A DNA stretch of 59,982 nucleotides, the filler included, from Dugesia japonica (Eukaryota), in assembly GCA_001938525.1 (NCBI GenBank). It is 5 parts of 5 records of this genome, joined end to end, with 100 filler letters (N's around TTAATTAATTAA, not from the genome) between each part and the next. Parts side by side here need not be neighbours in the genome. Positions count along the whole stretch, not along the records: positions 36,094 to 47,446 come from MQRL01606118.1; positions 47,547 to 59,982 come from MQRL01623582.1; 3 more parts are not named here. One strand, 5' to 3'. Below are positions 46,301 through 57,569 of this stretch, in pieces. The position numbers and the translations under genes are program-made. Position 1 is the first letter of the stretch, and each line of letters begins with the position of its first letter. The notes under the pieces are model-generated. The model was not told the origin of the DNA. It was given only the letters and a program-made list of their open reading frames with translations, and did not search any database.

Positions 46301-47130
46301 GGTTAAAAGATTATATACAATCTAATATTAATTCTAGAGATGAAGCTAAAGTTAATAATGATGATTTCGGAAACTCATTTTTCAAACTATTAAACAATGC
46401 ATTTTTTGGCAAAACTTTGGAAAATGTTAGAAATCGTATCAATTTATTTCTAGCTACAACTAAAAAGGAATTATTAAATCAAGTTTCTAAACCTGGTTAC
46501 AAATCTTCAATAATAATTAATGAACAAGTTGCTTTGATAAAATCATTCAAGAAACAAATAATGTACAACAAGTTTCAATATATTGGATTCTTTGTTCTAG
46601 ATTATGCTAAACTAATCATGTACGATTTTGTTTATAATCAATTAAATGTAAGAATTCCCAACTCAATCAACAATGAACAATGGAAAATACACTACTCTGA
46701 TACAGATTCTTTATTTATTGAATTTATACATCCAAACATGAATTGGAAAGAATTAGATAATAAAACACAAATTTCAAATCTATTTGGCAATAACTTGTTT
46801 CAAATGAAGGATGAATATCCTAATGAAATAATTAAGGAAGCATTCTTTATAAAAGCCAAATCATATTATCTAGTAAAAGAAAAGAAAGATTTAAAGAAAC
46901 ACAAAGGAATAAGTAATACAAACAAGTTTACAGCGAATCAATATAAAAATGTATTGTATAAAAATATAAGAATAGCTGGAACAAACTATACAATTAATTC
47001 TAAATTACATCAAGTTGTACAATCTCATCAAAACAAACAAGCTTTAACAGCATTTGATGACAAAAGATTTATTCTAGATGATGGAATAACTACATTACCA
47101 TTTGGATATTTAGTAAATAATCAACAATAA
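43384..47130 (+). CDS. polB: Protein-primed family B DNA polymerase with two N-terminal C2H2 fingers
   Basis: GSGW, CFKYC, ExoI YFDIET, ExoII HNSSKFD, KGIYPYDY, ExoIII YMKLDV, IRGG, motif A DENSLY, motif B KLLNNAFFGK, motif C YSDTDS, KGI, DDKR...TLPFG; 1248 aa uninterrupted. Confidence 0.98.
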   Translation: MSTENDDLNIIIERAILENRYCDICNQCFRTNYHLKTHLEGKYHKRKVELSNIGDYWRTCHRCNLQFNNLINYNRHINGRRHLSNVHFNRNIEQEKNLKELYKDYIQPEGYYKVETCHQSMIKLKQDFIVCKNDKQPAIENIHQFEDRINFNLLKEYSNEMKNLVDIFFSKYHKVAVSITCSTTYTKDFVGEDSITNQQWIKDYDAHSQKITMFSQISEMIDKMLDQLSEDIFTTETQGSGWSFDRFNSFTIELSNYESLVGQGYVPLPIEWKNIPGILNIKNPEYDLNCFKYCIMSHLDPLLNDLVASYQNLKTIKTIGLNWTDIKMPMSIKDIPKFERLNDFQVNVFEVIPSKTSPKIQKLYSSHLETNPLSTVRKCNLLLHEKHYILIRNLNKINTKSKHVNELCINCMNWKRDKESLTNHQLLCLKQKDAQIKFTFADKYKFSKYYMKNKNPFVIYFDIETYKQGDNYSSDYSNELIPFALGLYLVSNHPKVNNIYKSFQGPNCISKFIDWLLKFNHLFEQLINKSFKSYCLDDDDLVELESSKCYYCASNALMCDALSINPWTGSSRGYAHSECIKVYEDPKKFFIPVYAHNSSKFDNHFIFKEICKLHSSKISNLIPLNDDVYISFSLERMRFLDSLRMCSGHSIEKMGQDLLKSKNHPHLDSFNLKPCKGIYPYDYVSGNNYKEVKLKLINYYPLIDDFYNVLKQSELSESDFQTFQNDYSKFDNLLDYTMHYMKLDVIILADFFENFRSLSLDRNEIDPTYCYSAPGLTWEIGMKVSKVKLMNANNFNFDMFLTIEQGIRGGFSGVCGNRHVVADENHTLKCLDENSLYAASMTKRLPWGEMSWDNDKTYVRTNDNFTINELGEKIYMDYIYTVDLIYPDEIKERTKYYPLAVEKQSIEYKELSDYQKHLLKIMNQNQSNNEKLIMTQKNKYNYIVMGQVLDLYLDQGLILTKVHSKINIPTKYWLKDYIQSNINSRDEAKVNNDDFGNSFFKLLNNAFFGKTLENVRNRINLFLATTKKELLNQVSKPGYKSSIIINEQVALIKSFKKQIMYNKFQYIGFFVLDYAKLIMYDFVYNQLNVRIPNSINNEQWKIHYSDTDSLFIEFIHPNMNWKELDNKTQISNLFGNNLFQMKDEYPNEIIKEAFFIKAKSYYLVKEKKDLKKHKGISNTNKFTANQYKNVLYKNIRIAGTNYTINSKLHQVVQSHQNKQALTAFDDKRFILDDGITTLPFGYLVNNQQ

Positions 47131-47215
47131 TCAATAGTCAATAGCCAATAGTCAATCAACAATAGCCAATCAACAATAATCAATAAATAATAAACAATAA
47201 TAAATAGTCAATAAA
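47118..47215. repeat. Low-complexity (CAATAGY/CAAT)n tract with AATAAA signals after polB
   Basis: caatagtcaatagccaatagtcaatcaacaatagccaat...aataaa. Confidence 0.7.
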
Positions 47216-47446
47216 CTAGCATTTCCAAACTACAAACACTTTTGAACAACAAAAAACATTAATCATACTCCAGAAAACAGTTTATAAACTGCTGTTTTTA
47301 ACTACAGATTACAGTAAATAAACACTGAAAACAGATGATAAACTACATTTTTATTTTAATATTTTTAGTAAAAAACCACGCATTTACAGACTATTTGCTA
47401 CAGTCTACAGTTAAATAACGCCAGAAAAGCGCCTTTTTTACTTCAT

Positions 47447-47546
47447 NNNNNNNNNNNNNNNNNNNNNNNNNNNNNNNNNNNNNNNNNNNNTTAATTAATT
47501 AANNNNNNNNNNNNNNNNNNNNNNNNNNNNNNNNNNNNNNNNNNNN
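47447..47546. other. Artificial scaffold linker
   Basis: N44-TTAATTAATTAA-N44. Confidence 0.97.
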
Positions 47547-47617
47547 TTACATCACTAATCGGCGGGGGGGGGGTTCACTGAATGTGTGCTGGCTATTACT
47601 CCTACTATCTATCTACT
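47547..47617 (-). repeat. Element terminus-like repeat ending ...TACTATCTATCTACT; inverted copy of 59888-59952
   Basis: ttacatcactaatcggcggggggg is the exact reverse complement of 59929-59952. tgtgtgctg and ctactatctatctact also match, and similarity stops abruptly after ACT. Confidence 0.8.
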
Positions 47618-47799
47618 CAATCCTGCATTCTAATTGAGAATTTCTTGCAAGTGTTGTTAATATGCGTGTTCAGTTCTTTCAAATAATAAAACAAACACAA
47701 TAGGTAAAACTTCACCATTTATAAAGCGTGTATCGTGAAAAGTTGTTCATATACAATCAAACTTAAAATCTTCCATCATCGAACCAATTTTGACTTCTC

Positions 47800-48940
47800 A
47801 AAAGGAATACAAGGTCATCATCAGTTGCAAAGATGATCATATTTTCTTGGTTGATGCGGATGAAGTGGCAGTTACTCCGTGTAAGAGAATAAACTATGAT
47901 GTCCAGTTAAACATTTGGAGCAGCCATTTGAGGATACCTCCATACATCTCTTGATAAGGTAAGTCATTTTGGAAGTAGATGAGCGGCTGGAATTTGCACT
48001 TTCAGCAGCTCGTTCTGAACAATAGATTGCGTTGCTTCTTCAATATTGATCGTTTGTACAATGATTCTGTTTTCTGTTTTCACTTTTTCGTCTTTCAGGT
48101 TCTCGAAAATTCTGGTTTGTTTATTTATATTTCTATAACAATCTTCAATACGGTGCCCTTTTCTCATACACCTTAAACAACTGACTTTATTACAGTCCCG
48201 TCTTAAATGCTGTTCTGATCCGCATGTATTACATCTCTTATTCTTTACTGGGCAATATCTATTTCTACTTGTTCTGGTATTCTCTCTTTTGAATCTTTAT
48301 TGATCTGTACTACATTGGCATCATCCATTGTCATTTCTTCTTTTAAGTTGTCCCAGTCTTTAATTGTTTGAAATATCTCGTCTACTTTATCCTTTTTTTC
48401 AGACTTGATTTTAAGCTTCATCTTATTAACATCGCAACTGTTTATTATTAATTCCTTTGTTAAATATTCCTTGTTCCATTTGTAAGACATTATCTTATCC
48501 ACCATTTCTTCAATCCTTTTTTTTATATATACTGACATGCTCTCCATTCCTTCGGTAACTTAGAGCTTCTTCCATGTCTTTAATTATTGATGATGGCTTT
48601 AAGAAAGCTTTTCTCAATCTTTAATCATATCCCAGAGCTACATTTTCGTTTTCATAAATTTCTCGTAGTTCTTTATCAAGAAAAGCTCCTACAATTTCGC
48701 ATCTACAACTTGTCAATATTCCGGTCTCATCATAATATTTTGTAAGCTTTTTAATAAACATTTCAACATCGTCACCTTTCTTGAAGATTCCATGAAATAT
48801 TGCTTCGTTAAGCAGATCCATTGGTACGTTGGTCGTCTTCTTGTTCGTTTTCTCATCGAAATAGTATATTTTATCACATTTGCATTGATCATCTTTTTCA
48901 TCATCTACTTTATTAACATATCTTGAATTTTGTTGCATAT
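47800..48940 (-). pseudogene. Decayed LTR-retrotransposon gag (two CCHC knuckles), possibly followed by a protease remnant
   Basis: IFKKGDDVEMFIKKL; CNTCGSEQHLRRDC; CLRCMRKGHRIEDC; fragmented ORFs. Confidence 0.7.
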
Positions 48941-49208
48941 AGGATGATCGTTTTGATTTTATGTGTATTTCACTTTAAATATAAAAATCAAAAAAGAAGG
49001 AATGTTGCGTGTATATTATTTTGAATGTGGGTTTATGAGTTGAATTATTTAAATTTTATCATCAACAGACAGAGATTATTTGAGACTATTTTAGAGGTTA
49101 TTTTAGACTATTTAGTTTTGGTAATCAGTCGAAAATTTGGTCCTTATGTTAGTAACTTTGTAAAATCATATGAAATGACTAATCATCAACAAATCAGTTA
49201 TTTTCCAC

Positions 49209-49212
49209 AATG

Positions 49213-49279
<67 letters not shown>

Positions 49280-49440
49280 NNNNNNNNNNNNNNNNNNNNN
49301 NNNNNNNNNNNNNNNNNNNNNNNNNNNNNNATTATAGTATATTTTATTATTATAATAATAATTATAATTATAAGAGTAATAATTATTATTAGTATATTAA
49401 TTACAATTATTATTATTACAATTATAATAATAATAAAAAT
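49209..49440. repeat. (AAT)n microsatellite and degenerate flank
   Basis: Perfect AAT run from 49214 to the gap, then degenerate AAT/ATT. Confidence 0.95.
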
Positions 49441-50147
49441 TAATGGCTTGTTCTCGAATTCAGAGGACCCCTAAAAGGGATTATATTTTATTTTTTCAAT
49501 ATCTTACCAATTCTATTTTCTGGTCCCCAATTAATAGTGAAAATTATCCTTACATATTTTATTTCAAATTTAACAAATTTCATTTATTAATATTGTAAGA
49601 TTTCTATAAAAGATATTTTTAATGTCTACAGAAAATGGTTCGCAATTCGATTTTATGTAATATTTTTCTTCAACGCTTAAAAATAGATAAATCTTTCTAG
49701 TGAAGAAATAATTTGTTTTAAATAAGTTCTAGTAGAAATTCTGTAATTATTGTTTGTTGCTGGTAAATGTAAAACACAATAGAATTACTGTCTCTGTTTA
49801 TTTGTTTACAAGTATATCTCTAGGGAATGAAAGTTCAGCCTAATATTACTTAAAGGTTAGGCAGCATGTTTCACTATTTGACTAATTCGTCTGATGCTGA
49901 TGTTTCCGTGTTCAAGTGTTCTACTTGACACAAAGTAACTTATCAAAATTGAATAATTGATCAACAATTATTAATTAATAGTTAAAGATTTGTCATCTCC
50001 ATAATAAATGGTGGCATTTGAGTTATTCAGAGGGTCAAATAATAGATATTTTTTAAGCAATAAATTGTAAAGTTATTTCTCTTTAATCGTTCATTCCAAG
50101 AAATAAGGCAAAACAATTATTTAATTTGAGCAATTAAAACAACTTAC

Positions 50148-51275
50148 CACTGACCTTGTTACCCCAATTATTGTATGCAACTTATTGCTAATATAGAAAC
50201 ACTCGTGAGACAGTTGCTTTGCATTTCTTTGAACAATGTTACTGATGCACAGTTTGAAACCGATAAATCCGTATCCCGGAATAACGTAATGCTTTTCTTC
50301 CGGGTCAAGAGCCAATGTTAGAGATGTATCTGACAAGATATTTGTTTAAATGATGTAATAATAATTTATACTGCCTACCCATTTTGTGAAGAACAATTTG
50401 GTCACAAAATCGGTTATGATACCAAACCTTATTGAAATTATGGGAATTACAATTTTTCAATCCTAGATAACACCTGCAAAATAGTATAAAACTTGAACAA
50501 TGCACAAAAAACAACTATATTGACCCACCATTTTAACATGTTTTCTAAATTGTGTGAAGCATTAATAAGAATGGATTTTGGTAAAAGATAATTTGAATCG
50601 TCTCTATAAGAAATTGTTGCTTTCTGCCATTTGTCAACGAATTCGTCGTACAATTTCGATCCATTTGGTAATTGATATATTCGGTCTCCTCTTATAAAAT
50701 TAAAGAAATATTTGTTTAATTATGTTATAAAATGGTTGTGAAATACCTTATTGGATTAAGATTACAAAGCGTTATTAAAATTTGAGAAGAACTCCACGCT
50801 GAGGATGACGATGATGATGATGATTCATTAGTATTTTCGTTAGCATGAGACTGAAAATTGATCCGATTTTGAGTGTACCAAATTGATATCCGATAGAAGA
50901 TCAAGATGATAATGCTGACGCATAGCACAGCGCTAAGAATTCTGTAGAAAATACATAATTATCTGTATTGAATATATAAATTTCATATTAATAATGATAA
51001 TAAAGAAATGGCGTCTGTTAAAGTAAAAGATATTCATTAACTATAAGGCAGAACTATTCCCAATAGAATAATTTGGGTTCTATTTAAAAAACGAGAGAGT
51101 GACTACCAATATCCAAATTTTATCCTTTCTCTTATTTAGATAACTCTAGGATTATTGTCCCATTGATATTGACTTTGTTTTTTAACTAACTGGAAATTCA
51201 AATTATTGTTGGGGAAAATATGTCAATTTTCATGAAATTATCGAATACTCACCGTATGGTCCATAATTTCCGCAT
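50148..51275 (-). CDS. Divergent DEG/ENaC (amiloride-sensitive channel)-like gene, five exons identified, 3' part unresolved
   Basis: Exons 51275-51253, 50941-50747, 50690-50529, 50473-50379 and 50329-50148 join in frame via GT-AG introns. Product has a TM helix, ITLCNLNPIR (cf. FPAVTxCNxN), SHNLENMLKWCYLGLKNC...NF, and LTLALDPEEKHY...GFKLCI. Confidence 0.75.
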
Positions 51276-52237
51276 AGTATTCGTTAATCAACACTGGAGA
51301 TTAATAAATAAATCAATGGTGATAACATTTAACTGGGACAACATGGACAAATCAATGGCAACATTACCACACGATATTGATGCCCCAAATTAATCAATTG
51401 AATCGTATTGAGAATAATTCAAATTATAATCAATTGTGAATTAGTATTAACTAATAACCATTCAACCAATCAAATTAAAAATAAAATTATTATGATGTTT
51501 ACCAATATATTTTTAACCAATCATTAACAAAGATTAATACAGACAATTTCCCATTTATTATCAATTTATTGGAATATGTTTTATCCTTCCTTCAATATAT
51601 AAAGTTCAATTAAAACTAAAAATAAAAATATCAAAACTGTATACATTTTATTGTGTATCAATATAATTTATATATTTATGTATTATTATCAAAATATTCT
51701 CAATTAAAAATTGTGGAAAAAGCAAACAGTAAAACAAAAATTTTAAATGATAACTTGTTGAATATTCCAACATGTACAAATTGTAGAATTTAAAATCAAA
51801 TGTAAATTAGAAAAAACAAATAATTTGAACGTTTTTACAAGGCGAATTTTGTTTGAAATAAATAAATAAAAATAAAACTATTAAATCGATAAATATAAAA
51901 TTATTTTCTGCTCATAAAATAAATTATTAAAATTAAATGATTCAATCAATTTAAACAACAAAAATTTATGTTTGAAAATACTGAAATATTGAAAAGTAAA
52001 AAAAATTGTTTCTAAATGGCATTAACATGTAAATCCGCAAAATACATGAAAAAATGTTTACTTAGCAGAAAATGTGTGAAAAAAATTGATATTCGCTGAT
52101 GAACGACAGAGATTCACAAAAATAAATAAATTATTAACAAATTATTTAATAATTTAAATGACGTGAAAATCCAATATGATATTGGTATTATAAATACTAA
52201 AAATAATATCAATATTCTCAATATTACCAATACTATC

Positions 52238-52337
52238 AGTTAGATTTTGTAATTCAAAATTAGACATTTTCAAAATTTATTAAAATATAATAAATCAATA
52301 ATATTTTAACAAATATGTTTAAATATTATATCTAACA
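52238..52337 (-). repeat. 3' LTR (100 bp)
   Basis: TGTTAGAT...ATCTAACT on the minus strand; direct repeat of 56114-56212. Confidence 0.85.
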
Positions 52338-55300
52338 TCGCTCCTATTTAATCTTTTTGAACATCTGTTTCTAGCCATTCGATCCTTCATCGCTTAGGGA
52401 TTCCAGAATAATTTAAAAGCATCTGATGTGGGCTTAGAAATTTTATTATTTCAAAAGGACCTTCATATCTGTATCCATTTTTCTTCAAGTTGTGAGGTTC
52501 TACCTTTACTAGAACTTCTTCCCCTTCAACAAAATTCNNNNNNACTCTTTTATCTGATTCATATTCATTTAATTTCAGAGCCACATTTTTCCAATTTTTA
52601 GCAACTAATTCTCTAACTTCTCCACTACTTGTATTGTCATTTACTAATTGTCCATGAATCATAATTTTTCTTCCATAAATTATTTCAAACGGTGATACTG
52701 TAGTTGCATTTTGTTGGGTTGCATATATTGAAAATTGAATTCGAGGTAATAGCTTATCCCAACTAACTTCTTCACATCCACTTCTTATTGTAGTGACAAT
52801 CATATCACGTAGAGTCCTGATCGTTCTTTCTGCCAATCCGTTTGATTAATGTTGGTATGGAGACGCAAATTCTTGGGTAATTCCAAATTTCTGAGTCATT
52901 CCTTTCATCAATTTTCCTTCNAATATCTTGCCTCTATCGGTCAGTATGGATTTGGGCTTGCCTTGGTTCATCAAAAATAAGCTATATCAATGACAATATG
53001 TTCTAATGCTCCAAATTCGGTTCGAGGTAATAAAAATTCTTTTGTTTGGTCTGTATGTGTTTTCCTTTATTTGAAAATTAAGCATTTCTTAACATATGTT
53101 CAATTGTTCTAAACATATCAGGCCAAAAAAAAGTTCTTTGATTATATTCAGTTAATTTTCTCGTTCCCAATTGACATAATTCTTCATGAATGTAATTTAT
53201 TAAATCAACTACTGATTTACCTGCTAAAACAATCCTCTTCGAATTTTTATCAAGAAACAGCAATATATCTTTTTCCATAACGAATTTATCAATATCTCTG
53301 AAGTATTTACTTTTATTTAACTTTTTATTAACTTGGAAGCTTTGATCTTTAATATATGCAATTATCTCTTTGATAATTCGATCATTACTTTGAATTTTTA
53401 TGATACTTTCTTTATCATAACTTGAGCTTCCTACAATATTAATTCTTCTAACTCTAGATTTTTCACCTTTTGCATCGTGATGAGTCGTCAAACATTGGGC
53501 ATATAAACTTTATCCTATTCTTGATAATCTATCAGCATTACCATGATCAATTCTTTTGCAAAGTTGAAGATCAAAATCAAATTCTGCTAGATTTGTAATC
53601 CACGTCTGGAACTGTGAACTAATTGGTTTACTTATTTTTTTCATAAACACTAATGCCTTATGATCAGTTCGGGCGATGAACATTTTTCTGTAAAGATCAT
53701 GCTTGAAATGAATCATAAATTCGTGTAGTGCCAATAATCCTTTTCTGGTTACACAATAACCCTTTTCATGATTATTCAAATTGCGAGATGCATAAGCAAT
53801 AACAATTTCTACACTATCTCTCGACAATTGACTCAAAACAATACCAATTGCATTGAAACTCTAATATTATTTTACTTTGAGGATTTGGAAATACCAAGAT
53901 TGGTAAATTACATAATTTTTCTTTTAGTAGTTTAAAACTGCTGTCACATTCATCAGTCTACTCTACGACTTCTTTTGATCCAGTTATTGCAGTAATTGTT
54001 GCGTAATCTTTAATAAATCTACGATAATAATTTGTCAATGCCAAGAAAGTTTGACTTTGGGTTGCACATTTTGGAATAACAGTTTCTTTTACTTTATTAA
54101 TAATGTCATCATTTGTTTCAACACCTTTAGAACAGATTTTATGACCAAAAAACATTAGTTTTGATACACTAAATATACAATTTTCAGGATTAATTTTTAG
54201 TTTAGATTGTTCAATTAATTCCAACACATTTTCTAAAAAATGTCATCAAGATAAATGAGCATTCCAGTAAATAACATCTTGTTGAAAAGTTTTTATGCAT
54301 TAATACTTGAAATGTTGCAGGAGCGGTGCGTAATCCAAACATCATGAGATTGAAACAAAATTTTTCCATTTTTGTGCTGAAAGGTGTTTTTAATTTTGAC
54401 TTCTCAGTTAATTCAATTTGATAATATGCCTGCACTAGATCAATTGATGAGAAAAACATAGAGCCATTTAATGTATCCAATAACATATTTATATCTGGAA
54501 CAGAAAATGAATATTTTTCAGTTACCGAATTCAATTTCCTAAAAATCAAAGCACATTTTTAGAGAACCATCTTTTTTTGGAACAATCACTAATGAAGAAT
54601 TCCATGGACTTCGACAAGGTTTTATAACATTTACTGATAATAGATTTTGTATTAAGTCTTCTATCTTGTCTTCTAAGTGCATTGGTTGTCTTCTTGGATT
54701 TATCAATACGGGTTCTCCTTTAGTTTCTATGTTATGCATTGTCATATTTGTTAACCTTACATCAAATTTTGAATTCATAAATATGTTATCATCTATTAAT
54801 TATTCTATTGCTGGCATTTAGTTTGAGTGCATTCATTTTTTTATTATCAAGTTTGTTATTTTTGCATATAACATCTTTTGAATCTATGAAATTGATCTAT
54901 TTTATTCTCATTTTAAACGCTTCCATTATGTCTATCCCACAAATAAAATTTTGACAAATGTCTTTAACAATAATTATTTTTTTTCAATATGCTTTTTAAT
55001 CCAAAATAATTTAATTCTAGCGTTTCCTATGCTTATTTTACTTTTCTCAGAAAATAAGGATTCTTCCCTTTCTTGTTCTTCTATACATAATATTCTTTGA
55101 TTATTGTGCCTTCTTTGTAATAATGCACAATTTCTGACAGCCCGGCCTTCTTTACCGCATATTAAACACCTATTTTTTAAAGTACAGTTTATTCTTCTAT
55201 GGTTTGCTTCTCCACAGCCAAAACAAGCACCATGCTGTAGAAATTCTACTCTTGGAGGAGCTTTACCATCACATATAAACTTGTGTTGCTACATATTTCA

Positions 55301-56113
55301 GAATGTTTTGAAAATTCTCTTCTTTGTTCTTCATTTATATCTTTTAATTGTTGCATATTATTACCTATCGTTGAATCGTTTGTCGGTTTTCTAGAAATTG
55401 TAGAATATTTTGGAGTATTTTCTTTTTTATGAAAATATTGTCTTCTGTAATCATTTCCCATTTTATTAAATTTTGGTTCAAAAGCTGATTTCTTAACTGC
55501 ACTTGCATAGCTTTCGTTGACAACATATACATTACTTTTCGCTACAAATTTATCAAGGTTTGCAGCCAATTCTTGACGTTTTTCGTCATTTAATTCTGGT
55601 TGGAGTGCACAGGAATCTTTAAGTTTCTCGCTTCTTAAACCATTCAGAATAAAAACTCTTGATATTTCCTTGTTGATCTTTTGCTTTCAAATATGTCGTG
55701 AACAAGTTTGTTTACTCTTATTTCGAAATTCCGATATTTTTCATCAATTCTTTGTTTAACTGATGATAGATCTGTAATTTTGTCAACCAGAGATTTATCA
55801 TTAATAAATGTTGATCGAAACCAACTTTCGCACTTTTCATTTGAGTTGAAATCCTCGTTTGTGTTAGTTTCTTGACACAATTCCTTGGCATCGTCTCGTA
55901 ATAGCATATCAAATGCAAAAGAAATCCCTATTTGATTAAATATGGCAAATTACTTAGTGGTTTGCATCCAATCTTCTGAAGTATCTGAAGAACTATAAAA
56001 AATGTAGGCTTCGGAATCAGTATTTCTTGCGTAGCTTGTGGAAGATTTTTAAAAATCTTTTGTCGCTCTTCTTTCCGCTGCCTAGTAATGGCACTAACTT
56101 CTAAATAATCGCA

Positions 56114-56212
56114 AGTTAGATTTTGTAAATCAAAAGTACACATTTATTATTAAAGTTTATTATAATAAATCAATAATATTTAAACAAAAATGTTTAAATA
56201 TCATATCTAACA
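56114..56212 (-). repeat. 5' LTR (99 bp)
   Basis: TGTTAGAT...ATCTAACT on the minus strand, followed by a degenerate PBS (ttgcga) and gag. Confidence 0.85.
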
Positions 56213-56282
56213 TTATCAATATTCTCAATATTACCAATACTATAAATACTATCAATACTATTAATATAGTCAATTTTAAATG

Positions 56283-56436
56283 AAAGTAAAAAGCATCAAA
56301 GGAAAAGATTTTCTATAATTCATTTAAATATCCGAATTTAAGATAATCCGAATAAAATAAGTTCAGTAAATCTGTCAAAATTCAGATATATAATAAGAAA
56401 TTTATGAAAATCCTTTCCACTTACGCTTTTTACTTT
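56283..56436. mobile_element. Imperfect palindrome, MITE-like
   Basis: Nested inverted pairs aaagtaaaaagc/gctttttacttt, ggaaaagattttctataa/ttatgaaaatcctttcc and tatccgaattt/aaattcagata. Confidence 0.55.
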
Positions 56437-57189
56437 TAACAAAAAATTTTAAAATCAGCACAGTTATTCTCGAAATTATTATAAGTTAAACATTGTTAAT
56501 AAACTCAATATTAACAACACTGTCCATAATATCAATTTAGATAATGTCAATACCATCAACACTGAAAGATGTGGATGTAATTGGTGAATTGTATATGTGT
56601 GTGTGTGTGATATCTGAATACATAATTATGAGTGCTGTATAGCACATGTATCCCTCTTATAACGCGATTTAAAAATTGTGTAAATTCTTGGATACCGCAG
56701 TTTTATGAATTATGAAATTATGAATTAATCAAGTTTGCTAGTAATTTATTGTAATTAATAAAAATTAATGAAATGTATATGTAAATCAATAGATTTCATG
56801 AAATGACATGTAAATTGTGCAGATTATGATAATTTTATTTATTAAGATGTAGTTTAAAGGAATTTATTGGACAAATTTAATGTTCATTGAATATTTTAAT
56901 TATTTAAAATATTNNNNNNNNNNNNNNNNNNNNNNNNNNNNNNNNNNNNNNNNNNNNNNNNNNNNNNNNNNNNNNNNNNNNNNNNNNNNNNNNNNNNNNN
57001 NNNNNNNNNNNNNNNNNNNNNNNNNNNNNNNNNGAATATGCTTTTTCATGATAAAATAAATAAAAATAACCAAAGAGAGGAGTCTTTGTAATATTTTTAT
57101 GTTAAAATATATGAAAAAAGTTCAAAGAGTAGAATCTTTGTGATATTTGCATGATACAATATCAAATACAAAGTTTTCTTTACAAAATA

Positions 57190-57560
57190 ATAAAAACAGA
57201 ACTTTTTTCATAATAAAAAAAACATTAACTACGTAATTTTGTCTAATAAAAAAAACATTAGTCATGTAATGTTTCTATAAAAAACATTACTAGTGATAAT
57301 TGTCTATAAAAATAAATCTCATTACCGATGTAATTTTAAATAAAAAATCTCATTAGTATTGCAAATTTAATAAAAAGTATCATTAGTGTTGCAATTTTTA
57401 ATAACAAATCTCATAACCAATGCAATTTTTCATTACAAACATGTTGACAATGAAACTTTCCAAAATAAAACATATTGGTGATGCAATTTTCTTATAAAAC
57501 ATATTAGTCATGCAGTTTGTCTATTAAAAACACATATTACTAGTGACAATATTTTTACAA
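57190..57560. repeat. Degenerate ~30-bp tandem repeat (aaacattag.gatgcaatttt)
   Basis: Repeated cattag/catta...tgcaatttt units. Confidence 0.75.
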
Positions 57561-57569
57561 GAGTTTTAT

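Larger units (their letters stand above)
36094..47446 (+). mobile_element. Endogenous Polinton/Maverick (adintovirus-like) element, truncated at both scaffold ends
   Basis: Gene-dense, intronless, unidirectional block with pPolB, rve integrase, packaging ATPase, adenain, and major and minor capsid genes. No TIR or TSD is visible inside the scaffold. Confidence 0.97.
52238..56212 (-). mobile_element. Two-LTR Ty3/Gypsy element, decayed, 3975 bp
   Basis: LTRs at 56114-56212 and 52238-52337; flanks CTATC/TTATC as a 5-bp TSD with one mismatch; PPT-like taaataggagcga. Contains gag with two knuckles, RT (SPWNS, SIDLVQAYYQ), RNase H (IAYASR, RTDHKAL) and integrase (AERTIRT, YEGPFEI). Confidence 0.93.

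Noticed and set aside
49210-49392. Poly-Ile ORF and other ORFs spanning N runs
   Set aside because: Translation of a microsatellite or of assembly gaps.
52207-56243. 30-bp target-site duplication around the Gypsy element
   Set aside because: Explained by insertion into a pre-existing 27-bp tandem repeat with an ordinary 5-bp TSD.
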